From NCBI GenBank assembly GCA_964016885.1, contig OZ024741.1, positions 313,286,001 through 313,350,000 on the forward strand: 64,000 nucleotides of DNA. Reading direction: 5' to 3'. Below the pieces are notes generated by a model, which was given only the letters and a program-made list of their open reading frames with translations, was not told where the DNA came from and did no database searches. Positions 1-15,675 of the stretch are shown piece after piece. The position numbers and the translations under genes were made by a program. Within the stretch, counting starts at the first letter, position 1, and each line of letters opens with the position of its first letter. Source of the stretch: Eledone cirrhosa (Eukaryota).

Positions 1-120
1 GAGCGCTGGGTGAAGAAGTGCCAGGAACTCCAAGTTGAGGGAATAGGCGGTAGATATAGACCACGAAAAACATGGGCGGAGCTGGTGAAACTCACTGAGG
101 AGATGACAAAGGACCGTGAA
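1..120 (+). mobile_element. RTE LINE 3' fragment
   Basis: Matches 3' part of the RTE copies downstream (RPRKTWAELVK region). Confidence 0.8.
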
Positions 121-395
121 AATGCTTTAACTGAACAGTTTTATTAGTAAACAACATGCTACCACACCATCACTTGATACGCGGTAAATTTAAAAAGCTA
201 AATATTCCTTATCCAATGTGTATCATTATTACGTGGCGATATGATTTTAGTTTCCACCCGTTTTTTTTCGTGGAGAAATTACTGGAGATTTTCCGATAGT
301 TTAGATAATTCAGTGAATCAGTATACCATTCATTTTATAACTATGATATTCATGATAATATTATAGATATATATATGTGTGTATATATGTATGTA

Positions 396-1000
396 TGTAA
401 GGACACGAGGTGGTGCTACTGGTAATATGTATCCCAGTACAACCTGTCTCATGGTCGGGTCGTTGGCGACAAAACTATGAACCCCATGAGATTTCTTGGT
501 GAGGAGGGTGACTCTGGACATCCTGCAGGACTAAAAACAAAACCTGTCAAAGGACAAAGCAGCTCTTAAGAATCAATGGCCATCCAAAATCACCGGGAGA
601 GATGACCCCTTACCCTTTGTCAAGGCAGTATTCTAGGAGAAGGAAAACTCTGATATAACACCTGCAACCCTGATGGTAACCAATGATGTTGACTTGTTCT
701 TCTTTTTGGTAAATATCATCTTGGTTAGGGAGACGGACAGATTTTGTGCAGTGCCTTTGCTAACTACAAAAGCTTCACGGTACAGGCATTGCTTTATATC
801 TGGAGATCTCTCTGCACTTGTCACATGGTACCATGGGCCCAGCACTATGTGTCAATAATTGTCACAGGTGTAGTGTTTGTACCAGAGTTTTCAAGTCGCT
901 GGCTGGACTAAACAGTCACACTCGTTCAGCGCATCGGTAGGAGTTCTCCTACATGGATAGAAAGAAAAGGCCGTACTCGAAAACGAGTTGGCAGCCACCA
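396..1000. repeat. ~600-bp unclassified interspersed repeat, copy 1
   Basis: Alignable to 1119-1725 and 52981-53560; embedded in (TA/TG) microsatellite. Confidence 0.8.
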
Positions 1001-1118
1001 TGTATATATGTATCTATATATATGTATGTATATGTATGTATGTGTATATATATGTATGTGTATATATATATATATGTGTATATGAATATCTGTATGTATA
1101 TGTATGTGTATATATGTA

Positions 1119-1725
1119 TGTCAGGACACCATTTGGTGCTAGTAGTAACATGTATCCCAGTAGGACCTGTCTCTTGGTCGGGTCGTTGGCGACTAAACTG
1201 GCAACCCAACCAAGGTTTCTTGGTGAGGAGGGTGACTTTGGACATCTTGCAGGTCTAAAAACAAAACGTTTCAATGGGCAAAGGATCTCTTAAGAGTCAA
1301 TGGCCATCCAAAATCACCGGGAGAGATGACCACTTAGCCTTTGTCAAGGCAGAATTCTAGGAGAAGGAAAACTACGATATAACACCTGCAACCCTGATGG
1401 TATCCAATGATGTTGACTTGTTCTTCATTTTGGTAAATATCATCTTGGTTAAGGGAGAGGGACAGACTTTGTGCAGTGCCTTTGCTCACTATAAAAGCTT
1501 CACGGTACAGGCATTGCTTTATATCTGGAGATCTCTCTGCACTTGTCACATGGTACCATGGGCCGAGCACAATGTGTCAATAATTGTCACAGTTGTAGTG
1601 TTTGTACCTGAGGTTTCAATTCGCTGGCTGGACTAAATAGTCACACACGCTCAGTACATCGGTAGGGGTTCTCCTACATGGATATAAAGTAGTGACCGTA
1701 CTCAAAATCGAGTTGGCAGCCACCA
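1119..1725. repeat. ~600-bp unclassified interspersed repeat, copy 2 (tandem)
   Basis: Direct tandem duplicate of 396-1000. Confidence 0.8.
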
Positions 1726-2100
1726 CCATGTATGTTTTTATGTTTGTATGTATTTATGTATGTATGTATGTGTGTGTGTAAGTGTGTATGTATGCATTTA
1801 TATATATACAGTATATTATATATATATTGTAGAATATGGTAAAATTTGGAAGGATTATATATGAAATTTTTCTTATAATATTTTTTGTTACTTTCATAAT
1901 GTTATAAGCATTGCATTTAATTGAACTAAAAATCCAAGTATTTTTTTATAGAGAATCGATATAATATTCAATAAATCTACAACTTCATTTGTTTAGCCGA
2001 AGACCACTTTAATCTTGTAATATAATATAAAATTGTGTCATTGATATATATATGTAATTAATGATATATGCAACATTATCACATCTAGTGATATTTTTAG

Positions 2101-2235
2101 AATGTGAAGCAGGAAAGTTTGGTGTTGCTTGTAATGAGACCTGCCATTGTATCAACAACACGAACTGTGACAAGCGAAATGGAACATGTTTAGATGGATG
2201 TTCTGCAGGTTATACTGGTGTCAATTGCCAAGAAG
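2101..2235 (+). CDS. EGF-like exon copy 1
   Basis: ttttAG|AATGT...CAAGAAG|GTatct; [45 protein letters not shown]. Confidence 0.85.
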
Positions 2236-2339
2236 GTATCTAATATAATTGTTACGTAATGATTATACACACGCGCACACACATACACACACCCACAAAC
2301 ATACACATATACATATATATGTATATATATATATATATT

Positions 2340-3820
<1,481 letters not shown>

Positions 3821-3835
3821 GTTCTACGTCCATTT

Positions 3836-4330
3836 TATCTAGAATAAGGACGGGTTGGAAGAAGTTTAAGAAGCGTTTCTCCCTGCTTACAAAGGGACGG
3901 GTATATGATACCTGTGTGAGATCCGAGGATGCTGCATGGTAATTAGAAATGCTGAAGATTTACGACGGCTGGAGAGAAATAAAACAAGTATCCTCCGTTG
4001 GATGTGCAATTTTAATGTGGTTGAACGATCAAGCATAGACGAGTTGAGAAGGAAACTGGATATAATAGGGATAAGTTGTGGTGTGCAGGAGAGAAGGCTG
4101 AGATGGTTTAGATATATGATGTGCATGGAACAGGAGCGCTAGGTGCAGAAGTGCCAGGAAGTCCAAGTGGATGGAACACGCAGTAGACGTAGACCACGAA
4201 AAACATGGGCAGAGCTGGTGAAAATCACTGAGGAGATGACAAAGGACCGTGAAAAGTGGGAAGGTACAGTGTTGAAGAGGATCCGTCCAATCATTGCAAG
4301 CAGGGAAAAGCGAGCGGAAAAATGATAATA
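3836..4330 (+). mobile_element. RTE LINE 3' fragment
   Basis: LRRLERNKTSILRWMCN...VQERRLRWF...RRRPRKTW, RTE-clade C-terminal motifs. Confidence 0.85.
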
Positions 4331-5032
4331 AATAAAAATGCATGTGAAGAAAGTACAATTTGCCAAATATACTTTTCGGTTAACAAAATGCTTTAACTGA
4401 ACAGTTTCATTAGTAAACAACATGCTACCACACCATCACTTGATACGCGGTAAATTTAAAAACCTAAATATTCCTTATCCAATGTGTATCATTATTACGT
4501 GGCGATATGATTTTACTTTCCACCCGTTTTGTTTAATGGGGAAATTACTGGAGATTTTCCGATAGTTTACATAATTCAGTGAATCAGTATACCATTCATA
4601 TTATAACTATGATATTCATGATAATATTATAGATTTATATATGTGTGTCTATATATGTATGTATATATGTATGTATGTATGTATGTATGTAAGTATTATG
4701 TATTTATGTATGTGTGTGTGTATATGTGTATATATGCATTTATATATATACAGTATATTATATACAAATTCTAGAATATGGTAATATTTGGAAGGATTAT
4801 ATGTGATATTTTTCTTATAATATTGTTTGTTACTTTCATAATGTTATTAACATTGCATTTAATGGAACTAACAATCAAGTATTTTTTTATAGAGGATCGA
4901 TATAATATTCAATAAATTCATACGTTTCGCAGAAGATCAATTTCATCTTGAAATTTAATATAACATTGTAACATTGATATATGTATATAATTAATGATAA
5001 CTTCAACATTACCATATTTATTGATATATTAG

Positions 5033-5167
5033 AATGCCGAGCAGGAAGGTTAGGTGGTGCATGTAATGGTACCTGCCATTGTATCAACAACACGAACTGT
5101 GACAAGCGAAATTGTACATGTTTAGATGGATGTTTTGAAGGTTATACTGGTGTCGATTGCCGAGAAG
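5033..5167 (+). pseudogene. EGF-like exon copy 2, probable pseudo-exon
   Basis: Frame open but donor is GA (GAAG|GAatct) instead of GT; RNGT changed to RNCT, giving an extra unpaired Cys. Confidence 0.65.
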
Positions 5168-5236
5168 GAATCTCATAATTGTTACGTAATTATTCTACAC
5201 CCGCACACATACACACACTGACACACACTAAAAAAT

Positions 5237-5309
<73 letters not shown>

Positions 5310-8300
5310 AATGGAATAGAATGAAACGAAATTTCATTTCTCACTCTTAGTACGGCACTTACTTAAATGTAAGTATGTATGTATACGTACATACATATAT
5401 GTATACAGACGTACAGTAGTATGTATATATATACACAGATGCACACATATATATGTGCACGTATCGGTTTACCGAATATTTATTATAATGATCGGTTTGT
5501 TTGTTTATAATAAATGTTCGGTAAACAAATACGTGCATATATATATGTGTGCATATATGTATATATATACATACAACTGTACGTCTGTATACATATATGT
5601 ATGTACGTCTACATACATACTTACATTTAAGTAAGTGCCGCATTAAGAGTGAGAAATAAAATTTCGTTTCATTCTATTACATTTATCGTTTTCGGTGTGC
5701 CCGGCCGACTGAACTCACTCGATATGCAAATTAGGCTGTACACTGTACGGCTGTTTGTTTATTTACAAACAAACAAACCGAGAATTATACAAAATATTCG
5801 TTAAACAGATACGTGCATATATATATGTGTGCATGTATGTATATATATATATACCTACTACTGTACGTCTGTATACATATATGTATGTAGGTATACATAC
5901 ATACTTACATTTAAGTAAGTATGTATGTATAAGGAAAGTATATACTTTCAGACGTTCAACCATCTGGCAGGAAGCTATACGATGCTGACGATAGCTAATA
6001 AGCTTGAAACTAGTACATCGTTCCTGTGTCAGTGTTGAACAAAAAGGTGACGGGGTTGCCTAAACACTGTACGGCGTAATTCGGGCTGTTTGTTTGTTTA
6101 CAAACAAACAAACCGAGCATTATAATAAATGTTCTGAAAACCGATACGTGCATATATATATATGTGTGCATGTATGTATATATATACATACTACTGTACG
6201 TGTGTATACATATGTGTATGTACGTATACGTACATAAATACTTACATTTAAGTAAGTGCCGTAAAAGAGTGAGACATGAAATTTCGTTTCATTCTATTCC
6301 ATTTATCGTTTTCGGCGTGCCCGGCCGACTGAACTCACTCGATATGCAAATTAGGCTGCCCAGCCGTTAATATGCATAAGGAAATTATATACTTTCTGGC
6401 AGGAAGGTATACGATGCTGACGATAGCTACTACGCTGGAAACTAGTACATAGTTCCTGACTCAGTGTTGAGCAGAAGGGTGGCGTGGTTGTCTAAACACA
6501 GTACGCCGTAATTCGGGCTGTTTGTTTTTTTACGAACAAACAAACAGAGCATTATAATAAATATTCGTTAAACCGATACGTGCATATATATATGTGTGCA
6601 TGTATGTATATATATATACTTACTACTGTACGTCTGTATACATATATGTATGTACGTATACATACATATTTACATATAATTAAGTGCCGTAGTAAGAGTG
6701 AGAAATGAAATTTCGTTTCATTCTATTCCATTTATCGTTTTCGTTGTGCCGCGATGACTGAACTCACTCGATATGCAAATTAGGCTACTCAGCCGCTAAT
6801 ATGCATAAGGAAAGTATATACTTTCAGACGTTCAACCATCTGGCAGGAAGATATACGATGCTGATGATAGCTAATAAGCTTGAATCTAGTACATCGTTCC
6901 TGTGTCATTGTTAAACAAAAGGGTGAATTGGTTGTATAAACACTGTACGGCGTAATTCGGGCTGTTTTTTCGTTTACGAACAAACAAACCGAGCATTATA
7001 ATACTTGTTCCGTAAACCGATACGTGCATATATATATATATGTGTGCATGTATGTATATATATACATACTACTGTACGTCTGTATACATATATGTATGTA
7101 AGTATACTTACATAAATACATACATTTAAGTAAGTGCCGTAGTAAGAGTGAGAAATGAAATTTCGTTTCATACAATTCCATTTGTCATTTTCGGTGTGCC
7201 GGCCGACTGAACTCACTCGATATGCAAATTAGGCTGCCCAGGCGTAAATATGCATAAGGCAAGTATATACTTTCAGACGTTCAAACATCTGGGAGGAAGG
7301 TATACGATGCTGATGATAGCTAATAAGCTTGAAACTAGTACATCGTTTCTGTGTCATTGTTAAACAAACGGTGACGTGGTTGCCTAAACACTGTACGGCG
7401 TAATTCGGGCTGTTTGTTTACAAACAAACAAACCGAGCATTATAAAAAATAATCGTTAAACCGATACGTGCATATATATATGTGTGCATGTATTTATATA
7501 TATATATACTTACTACTGTACGCCTGTATACATATATGTATGTACGTATACATACATATTTACATTTAAGTAAGTGCAGTAGTAAGAGTGAGAAATGAAA
7601 TTTCGTTTCATTCTATTCCAATTATCGTTTTCGGTGTGCCCGGCCGACTGAACTCACTCGATATACAAATTAGTCTCCTCAGCCGTAAATATGCATAGGG
7701 AAAGTATATACTTTCAGACGTTCAAACATCTGGCAGGAAGGTATACGATGCTGACGATAGCTAATACGCTTGAAACTAGTACATCGTTCCTGTGTCAGTG
7801 TGGAACAAAAAGAAACGTGGTTGCCTAAACACTGTACGGCGTTATTCAGGCTGTTTGTTTACAAACAAACCGAGCATTATAATAAAAGTTCTGAAAACCG
7901 ATACGTGCATATATATATATATGTGTGCATGTATGTATATATATATACATACTACTGTACGTCTGTATGCATATATGTATGTACGTATACGTACATTAAT
8001 ACATACATTTAAGTAAGTACCGTACTAAGAGTGAGAAATGAAATTTTGTTTCATTCTATTCCATTTATCGTTTTCGGTGTGCCCGGCCGACTGAACTCAC
8101 TCGATATGCAAATTAGTCTCCTCAGCCGTTAATATGCATAGGGAAAGTATATACTTTCAGACGTTCAAACATCTGGCAGGAAGGTATACGATGCTGACGA
8201 TAGCTAATACGCTTGGAGCTAGTACATCGTTCCTGTGTCAGTGTTGAACAAACGGTGACGTGGGTGGCTAAACTCCGTACAGCATAATTCGGCTGTTTGT

Positions 8301-11300
8301 TTATTTACAAACAAACAAACCGAGCATTATAAAAAATATTCGGTAAACCGATACGTGCATATATATATATATATGTGTGTGCATGTATGTATATATATAC
8401 ATACTACTGTACGTCTGTATACATATATATATGTACGTACACATACCTAAATACCTTGATCTAAGTAAGTGCCGCAATAAGAGTGAGAAATGAAATTTCG
8501 TTTCATTCTATTCCATTTATCGTTTTCGGTATGCCCGGCCGACTCAACTCACTCGATATGCAAATTAGGCTGTCCAGCCGTTAAAATGCATAAGGAAAAT
8601 ATATACTTTCAGACGTTCAAACATCTGGCAGGAAGGTATACGATGCTGACGATAGCTAATACGCTTGAAACTAGTACATCCTTCCTGTGTCAGTGTTGAA
8701 CAAAAGGGTGACGTGGTTGTCTAAACACTGTACGGCGTACTTCGGGATGTTTGTTTGTTTACGAACAAACAAACCGAGCATTATAATACTTGTTCTGTAA
8801 ACCGATACGTGCATATATATATGTGTGTGCATGTATGTATATATATATACATACTACTGTACGTCTGTATACATATATGTATGTACGTATACATACATAA
8901 ATACCTTCATTTAAGTAAGTGCCTAGTAAGAGTGAGAAATGAAATTTCGTTTCATACAATTCCATTTGTCATTTTCGGTGTGCCGGCCGACTAAGCTCAC
9001 TCTAAATGCAATCTAGACTGCCCAGCCGTTAATATGCATGAGGAAAGTATATACTTTCAGACGTTCAACCATCTGGCAGGAAGGTATACGATGCTGATGA
9101 TAGCTAATAAGCTTGAAATTAGTACATCGTTCCTGTGTCAGTGTTAAACAAACGGTCACGTGGTTGCCTAAACAGTGTACTGCGTATTTCGGCTGTTTGT
9201 TTATTTACAAACAAACAAACCGAGCATTATAATAAGTATTGTGTAAACCGATACGTGCATATATATATATGTGTGCATGGATGTATATATATATACTTTC
9301 TACTGTACGTCTGTATACATATATGTCTGTACGTATACATACATAAATACCTTCATTTAAGTAAGTGCCTAGTAAGAGTGAAAAATGAAATTTCGTTTCA
9401 TTCTATTCCATTTATCGTTTTCGGTGTGCCCGGCCGACTGAACTCACTCGATATGCAAATTAGGCTGCTCAGCCGTTAATATGCATAAGGAAAGTATATA
9501 CTTTCAGACGTTAAACCTTCTGGCTTGAAGGTATACGATACTGACGATAGCTAATACGCTTGAAACTAGTACATCGTTACTGTGTCAGTGTTGAACAAAA
9601 GGGTGACGTGGTTGTCTAAACACAGTACGGCGTAATTCGGAATGTTTGTTTGTTTACGAACAAACAAACCGAGCATTATAATACTTGTTCTGTAAACCGA
9701 TACGTGCATATATATATATATATGTGTGTGCATGTATGTATATATATACATACTAATGTTCGTCTGTATACATATATGTATGTACGTATACATACATAAA
9801 TACTTCATTTAAGTAAGTGCCGTACTAAGAGTGAGAAATGAAATTTCATTTCATTCTATTCCATTTATCATTTTCGGTGTGCCCTGCCGACTGAACTCAC
9901 TCGATATGCAAATTAGGCTGCTCAGCCGTTAATATGCAAAAGAAAATTATATACTTTCAGACATTCAACCATCTGGCATGAAGGTATACGATACTGACGA
10001 TAGCTAATACGCTTGAAACTAGTACATCGTTACTGTGTCAGTGTTGAACAAAAGGGTGACGTGGTTGTCTAAACACAGTACGGCGTAATTCGGAATGTTT
10101 GTTTGTTTACGAACAAACAAAGCGAGCATTATAATACTTGTTCTGTAAAACGATACGTTCATATATATATGTGTGCATGTATGTATATATATATATACAT
10201 ACTATTGTACGTCTGTATACATATATGTATGTACGTACACATACATAAATACCTTCATTTAAGTAAGTGCCGTATAAGAGTGAGAAATGAAATTTCGTTT
10301 CATTCTATTCCATTCATCGTTTTCGGTATGCCCGGCCGACTGAACTCACTCGATATGCAAATTAGGCTGCTCAGCCGTTAATATGCAAACGAAAAGAATA
10401 TACTTTCAGACGTTCAACCATCTGGCATGAAGGTATACGATACTGACGATAGCTAATACGCTTGAAACTAGTACATCGTTACTGTGTCAGTGTTGAACAA
10501 AAGGGTGACGTGGTTGTCTAAACACTGTACGGCGTAATTCGGAATGTTTGTTTGTTTACGAACAAACAAACCGAGCATTATAATACTTGTTCTGTAAACC
10601 GATACGTGCATATATATATGTGTGCATGTATGTATGTATATATATATACATACTACTGTACGTCTGTATACATATATATATATGTACGTATACATACATA
10701 TTTACATTTAAGTAAGTGCCGGACTAAGAGTGATAAACGAAATTTCGTTTCATTCTATTCTATTTATCGTTTTCGGTGTGCCCGGCCGACTGAATTCACT
10801 CGATATGCAAATTAGGCTGCTCAGCGTTTAATATGCATAAGCAAAGGATATACTTTCAGACGTTCAACCCTCTGGCAGGAAGGTATACGATGCCGACGAT
10901 AGCTAATACGCTTGAAACTTGTACATTGTTCCCGTGTCAGTGTTGAACAAAAGGGTGACGTGGTTGTCGAAACATTGTACGGCGTAATTCGGGCTGATTG
11001 TTTGTTTACGAACAAACAAACCGAGCATTATAATACTTGTTCTGTAAACCGATACGTGCATATATATATATATGTGTGTATGTATGTATATATATACATG
11101 CTACTGTTCGTATGTATACATATATGTATGTACGTATACATACATAAATACCTTCATTTAAGCAAGTGCCGTACTAAGAGTGAGAAATGAAATTTCGTTT
11201 CATTCTATTCCATTTATCGTTTCCGGTGTGCCCTGCCGACTGAACTCACTCGATATGCAAATTATGCTGCTCAGCCGTTAATATGCAAAAGAAAAGTATA

Positions 11301-14300
11301 TACTTTCAGACGTTCAACCATCTGGCATGAAGGTATACGATGCTGACGATAGCTAATAAGCTTGAAACAAGTACATCGTTCCTGCGTCAGTGTTGAACAA
11401 AAGGGTGACGTGGTTGTCTAAACACTGTACGGCGTAATTCGGGCTGTTTGTTTGTTTACGAAGAAACAAAGCGAGCACTATAATACTTGTTCTGTAAAAC
11501 GATACGTGCATATATATATGTGTGCATGTATGTATATATATACACACTATTGTACGTCTGTATACATATATGTATGTACGTACACATACATAAATACCTT
11601 CATTTAAGTAAGTGCCGTATAAGAGTGAGAAATGAAATTTCGTTTCATTCTATTCCATTTATCGTTTTCGGGATGCCCGGCCGACTGAACTCACTCGATA
11701 TGCAAATTAGGCTGCTCAGCCGTTAATATGCAAAAGAAAAGTATATACTTTCAGACGTTCAACCATATGGCATGAAGGTATACGATACTGACGATAGCTA
11801 ATACGCTTGAAACTAGTACATCGTTACTGTGTCAGTGTTGAACAAAAGGGTGACGTGGTTGTCTAAACACTGTACGGCGTAACTCGGAATGTTTGTTTGT
11901 TTACGAACAAACAAACCGAGCATTATAATACTTGTTCTGTAAACCGATACGTGCATATATATATGTGTGCATGTATGTATATATAAACATATAACTGTAC
12001 GTCTGTATACATATATATATGTACGTATACATACATATTTACATTTAAGTAAGTGCCGAACTAAGAGTGATAAACGAAATTTCGTTTCATTCTATTCTAT
12101 TTATCGCTTTCGGTGTGCCCGGCCGACTGAATTCACTCGATATGCAAATTAGGCTGCTCAGCGGTTAATATGCATAAGCAAAGGATATACTTTCAGACGT
12201 TCAACCCTATGGCAGGAAGGTATACGATGCTGACGATAGCTAATACGCATGAAACTTGCACATTGTTCCCGTGTCAGTGTTGAACAAAAGGGTGACGTGG
12301 TTGTCGAAACATTGTACGGCGTAATTCGGGCTGTTTGTTTGTTTATGAACAAACAAACCGAGCATTATAATACTTGTTCTGTAAACCGATACGTGCATAT
12401 ATATATATATGTGTGCATGTATGTATATATATACATACTACTGTTCATCTGTATACATATATGTATGTACGTATACATACATAAATACCTTCATTTAAGT
12501 AAGTGCCGTATAAGAGTGAGAAATGAAATTTCGTTTCATACAATTCCATTTGTCATTTTCGGTGTGCCGCCCGACTGAACTCACTCTATATGCAATTTAG
12601 ACTGCCCAGCCGTTAATATGCATGAGGAAAGTATATACTTTCAGACGTTCAACCATCTGGCAGTAAGGTATACGATGCTGATGATAGCTAATAAGCTTGA
12701 AACTAGTACATCGTTCCTGTGTCAGTGTTAAACAAACGGTTACGTGGTTGCCTAAACACTGTACTGCGTAGTTCGGCTGTTTGTTTCTTTACAAACAAAC
12801 AAACCGAGCATTATAATAAGTATTGTGTAAACCGATACGTGCATATATATATATATGTGTGCATGTATGTATATATATATACTTACTACTGTACGTCTGT
12901 ATACATATATGTATGTACGTATACATACATAAATACCTTCATTTAAGTAAGTGCCGTACTAACAGTGAGAAATGAAATTTCGTTTCATTCTATTCCATAT
13001 ATCGTTTTCAGTATGCCCGGCCGACTGAACTCACTCGATATACAAATTAGTCTGCCCAGCCGTTAATATGCATAAGGAAAGTATATACTTTCAGACATTC
13101 AACCATCTGGCATGAAGGTATACGATGCTGACGATAGCTAATACGCTTGAAACTAGTACATCGTTACTGTGTCAGTGTTGAACAAAAGGGTGACATGGTT
13201 GTCTGAACACTGTACGGCGTAATTCGGGCTGTTTGTTTACGAACAAACAAACCGAGCATTATAATACTTGTTCTGTAAACCGATACGTGCATTTATATAT
13301 ATATATGTGTGCATGTATGTATATATATACATACTACTGTACGTTTGTATACATATATGTATGTACGTATACATACATAAATACCTTCATTTAAGTAAGT
13401 GCCGTACTAAGAGTGAGGAATGAAATTTCGTTTCATTCTATTCCATTTATCGTTTTCAGTATGCCCGGCCGACTGAACTCACTCGATATACAAATTAGTC
13501 TGCCCAGCCGTTAATATGCATAAGGAAAGGATATACTTTCAGACGGTCAAACATCTGGCAGGAAGGTATACGATGCTGACGATAGCTAATAAGCTTGAAA
13601 CTAGTACATCTTTCCCGTGTCAGTGTTAAACAAACGGTGACGTGGTTGCCTAAACACTGTACGGCGTAATTCGGCTGTTTGTTTATTTACAACAAACAAA
13701 CCGAGCAATATAATAAATATTCGGTAAACCGATACGTGCATATATATATTTGTGCATGCATGTATATATATATATACTTACTACTGTACGTCTGTATACA
13801 TATATGTATGTACGTATACATACATACTTACATTTAAGTCAGTGCCGTACGAAGAGTGATACATGAAATTTCGTTTCATTCTATTCCATTTATGGATTTC
13901 GGTCTGCCCGGCCGACTGAACTCACTCGATATGCAAATTAGGCTGCTCAGCCGTTAATATGCATAAGGAAAGAATATTCTTTCAGACGTTCAACCATCTG
14001 GCAGGAAGGTATACGATGCTGACGATAGCTAATAAGCTTGAAACTAGTACATCGTTCGGGTGTCAGTGTTGAAAAAAAAATTATTTGGTTGCCTTGACAC
14101 TGTACGGCGTAATTCGGGCTGTGCGTTTCTTTACAAACAAACAAACCGAGCATTATAATAAATGTTCGGTAAACCGATACGTGCTTATATATATCTGTGC
14201 CTGTCTGTATACATATATGATGTATGTATACATACATAAATACTTACATTTAAGTAAGTGCCGAACGAAGAGTGAGAAATGAAATTTCGTTTCATTCTAT

Positions 14301-15120
14301 TCCATTTATCGTTTTCGGTGTGCCCTGCCGACTGAACTCATTCGATAAGAAAAGTAGGCTGCTCAGCCGTTAATATGCATAAGGAAATATATACTTTTAG
14401 ACTTTCAACCATCTGGCAGGAAGGTATACGATGCTGACGATAGCTAATAAGATTGAAACTAGTACATCGTTCCTGTGTCAGTGTTGAACAAAAAGGTGAC
14501 GTGGTTGCCTCAACACTGTACGGCGTAATTCGGCCTGTTTGTTTCTTTACAAACAAACAACCGAGCATTATAATAAATGTTCGGTAAACCGATACGTGCA
14601 TATATAAATGTGTGCATGTATGTAAATATATATACATACAACTGTACGTCTGTATACATATATGTATGTACGTATACATACATACTTACATTTAAGTAAG
14701 TGCCGTACTAATGGTGCGAAATGAAATTTCGTTTCATTCTATTCCATTTATCGTTTTCGGTGTGCCCGGCCGACTGAACTCACTCGATATGCAAATTAGG
14801 CTGCCCAGCCGTTAATATGCATAAGGAAAGTATATACTTTCACACGTTTAATGATCTGGCAGGTAGTTATACGATGCTGACGATAGCTATAACCTTGAAA
14901 CTAGTACATCGTTCCTGTGTCATTGTTGAACAAAAACGTGACGTGATTGCCTAAACACTCGACGGCGCAATTCGGGCTGTTTGTTTGATTACAAACAAAC
15001 AATCCGAGCAATATAATAAATGTTCTGAAAACCGATACGTGCATATATATATATGTGTGCATGTATGTATATATATACATACTACTGTACGTCTGTATAT
15101 ATATATGTATATACGTATAC
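5310..15120 (+). repeat. Tandem array of ~448-bp units (~21-22 copies) with an inverted partial unit at the 5' end; retrozyme/Penelope-pLTR-like
   Basis: Marker GTGAGAAATGAAATTTCGTTTCATTC recurs at ~6270, 6698, 7148, 7588, 8031, 8483, 8932 ... 14714; array flanked by (TA)n on both sides. Confidence 0.95.
5979..6021 (+). ncRNA. Minimal type I hammerhead ribozyme-like motif (first of 21 copies, one per unit, last at ~14871)
   Basis: ACGATG-CTGACGA-tAGCTaataAGCTt-GAAA-CTAG-TA-CATCGT: stem I ACGATG/CATCGT, CUGANGA and GAAA cores, stem II AGCT/AGCT, palindromic ACTAGT stem III, GUA cleavage triplet at 6013-6015. Confidence 0.75.
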
Positions 15121-15131
15121 ATATATACATA

Positions 15132-15175
<44 letters not shown>

Positions 15176-15675
15176 TATATATATATATATATGTAGAAGT
15201 TATATTTAATTTGTTGGGATACAACAAGCAAATATTTTGATAACTGATCTAAAGCACTCAACAACTTATTGGAGTAAAAATACAACATATTAACAAATGG
15301 AAACTATATTTATTTCATTATACATATTTGAAGGTCACCAAACCAAATTATGGTGCGCTTTCCTCAGATAAAATATAATATAGATCAGTTTTATAAACAA
15401 ATAATTACATACACTTATAGAATGCGACCATGTCGTTTTGAAGCTCCGGGAAGCTTCCGCTAACCTCCAACTCTACCCATCATAATTTTATGGTATAAAT
15501 CAGGTTTAGGCCTTTATACGCCATTTTAGACCACACCCTTGGTACAAGGGATTACCTTCTCCCCAGCCGTAGATATGTTTGTTTCGTGGGGAAATTACAG
15601 TAGTTTTCCGATAATTTAGATAATTCAGAGAATCAGTATACCATTAATATAATATCTATAATATTAATACTAATA

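Noticed and set aside
5310-15120. CRISPR-like array
   Set aside because: Whole ~448-bp unit repeats with no unique spacers; eukaryotic context; no cas genes
5359-15227. Many 60-115 aa ORFs on both strands in the tandem array
   Set aside because: Frames shift between units with microsatellite length; no conserved frame or domain
15430-15470. Hairpin GAAGCT-CCGGGA-AGCTTC possibly a ribozyme helix II
   Set aside because: No recognisable CTGANGA core on either strand
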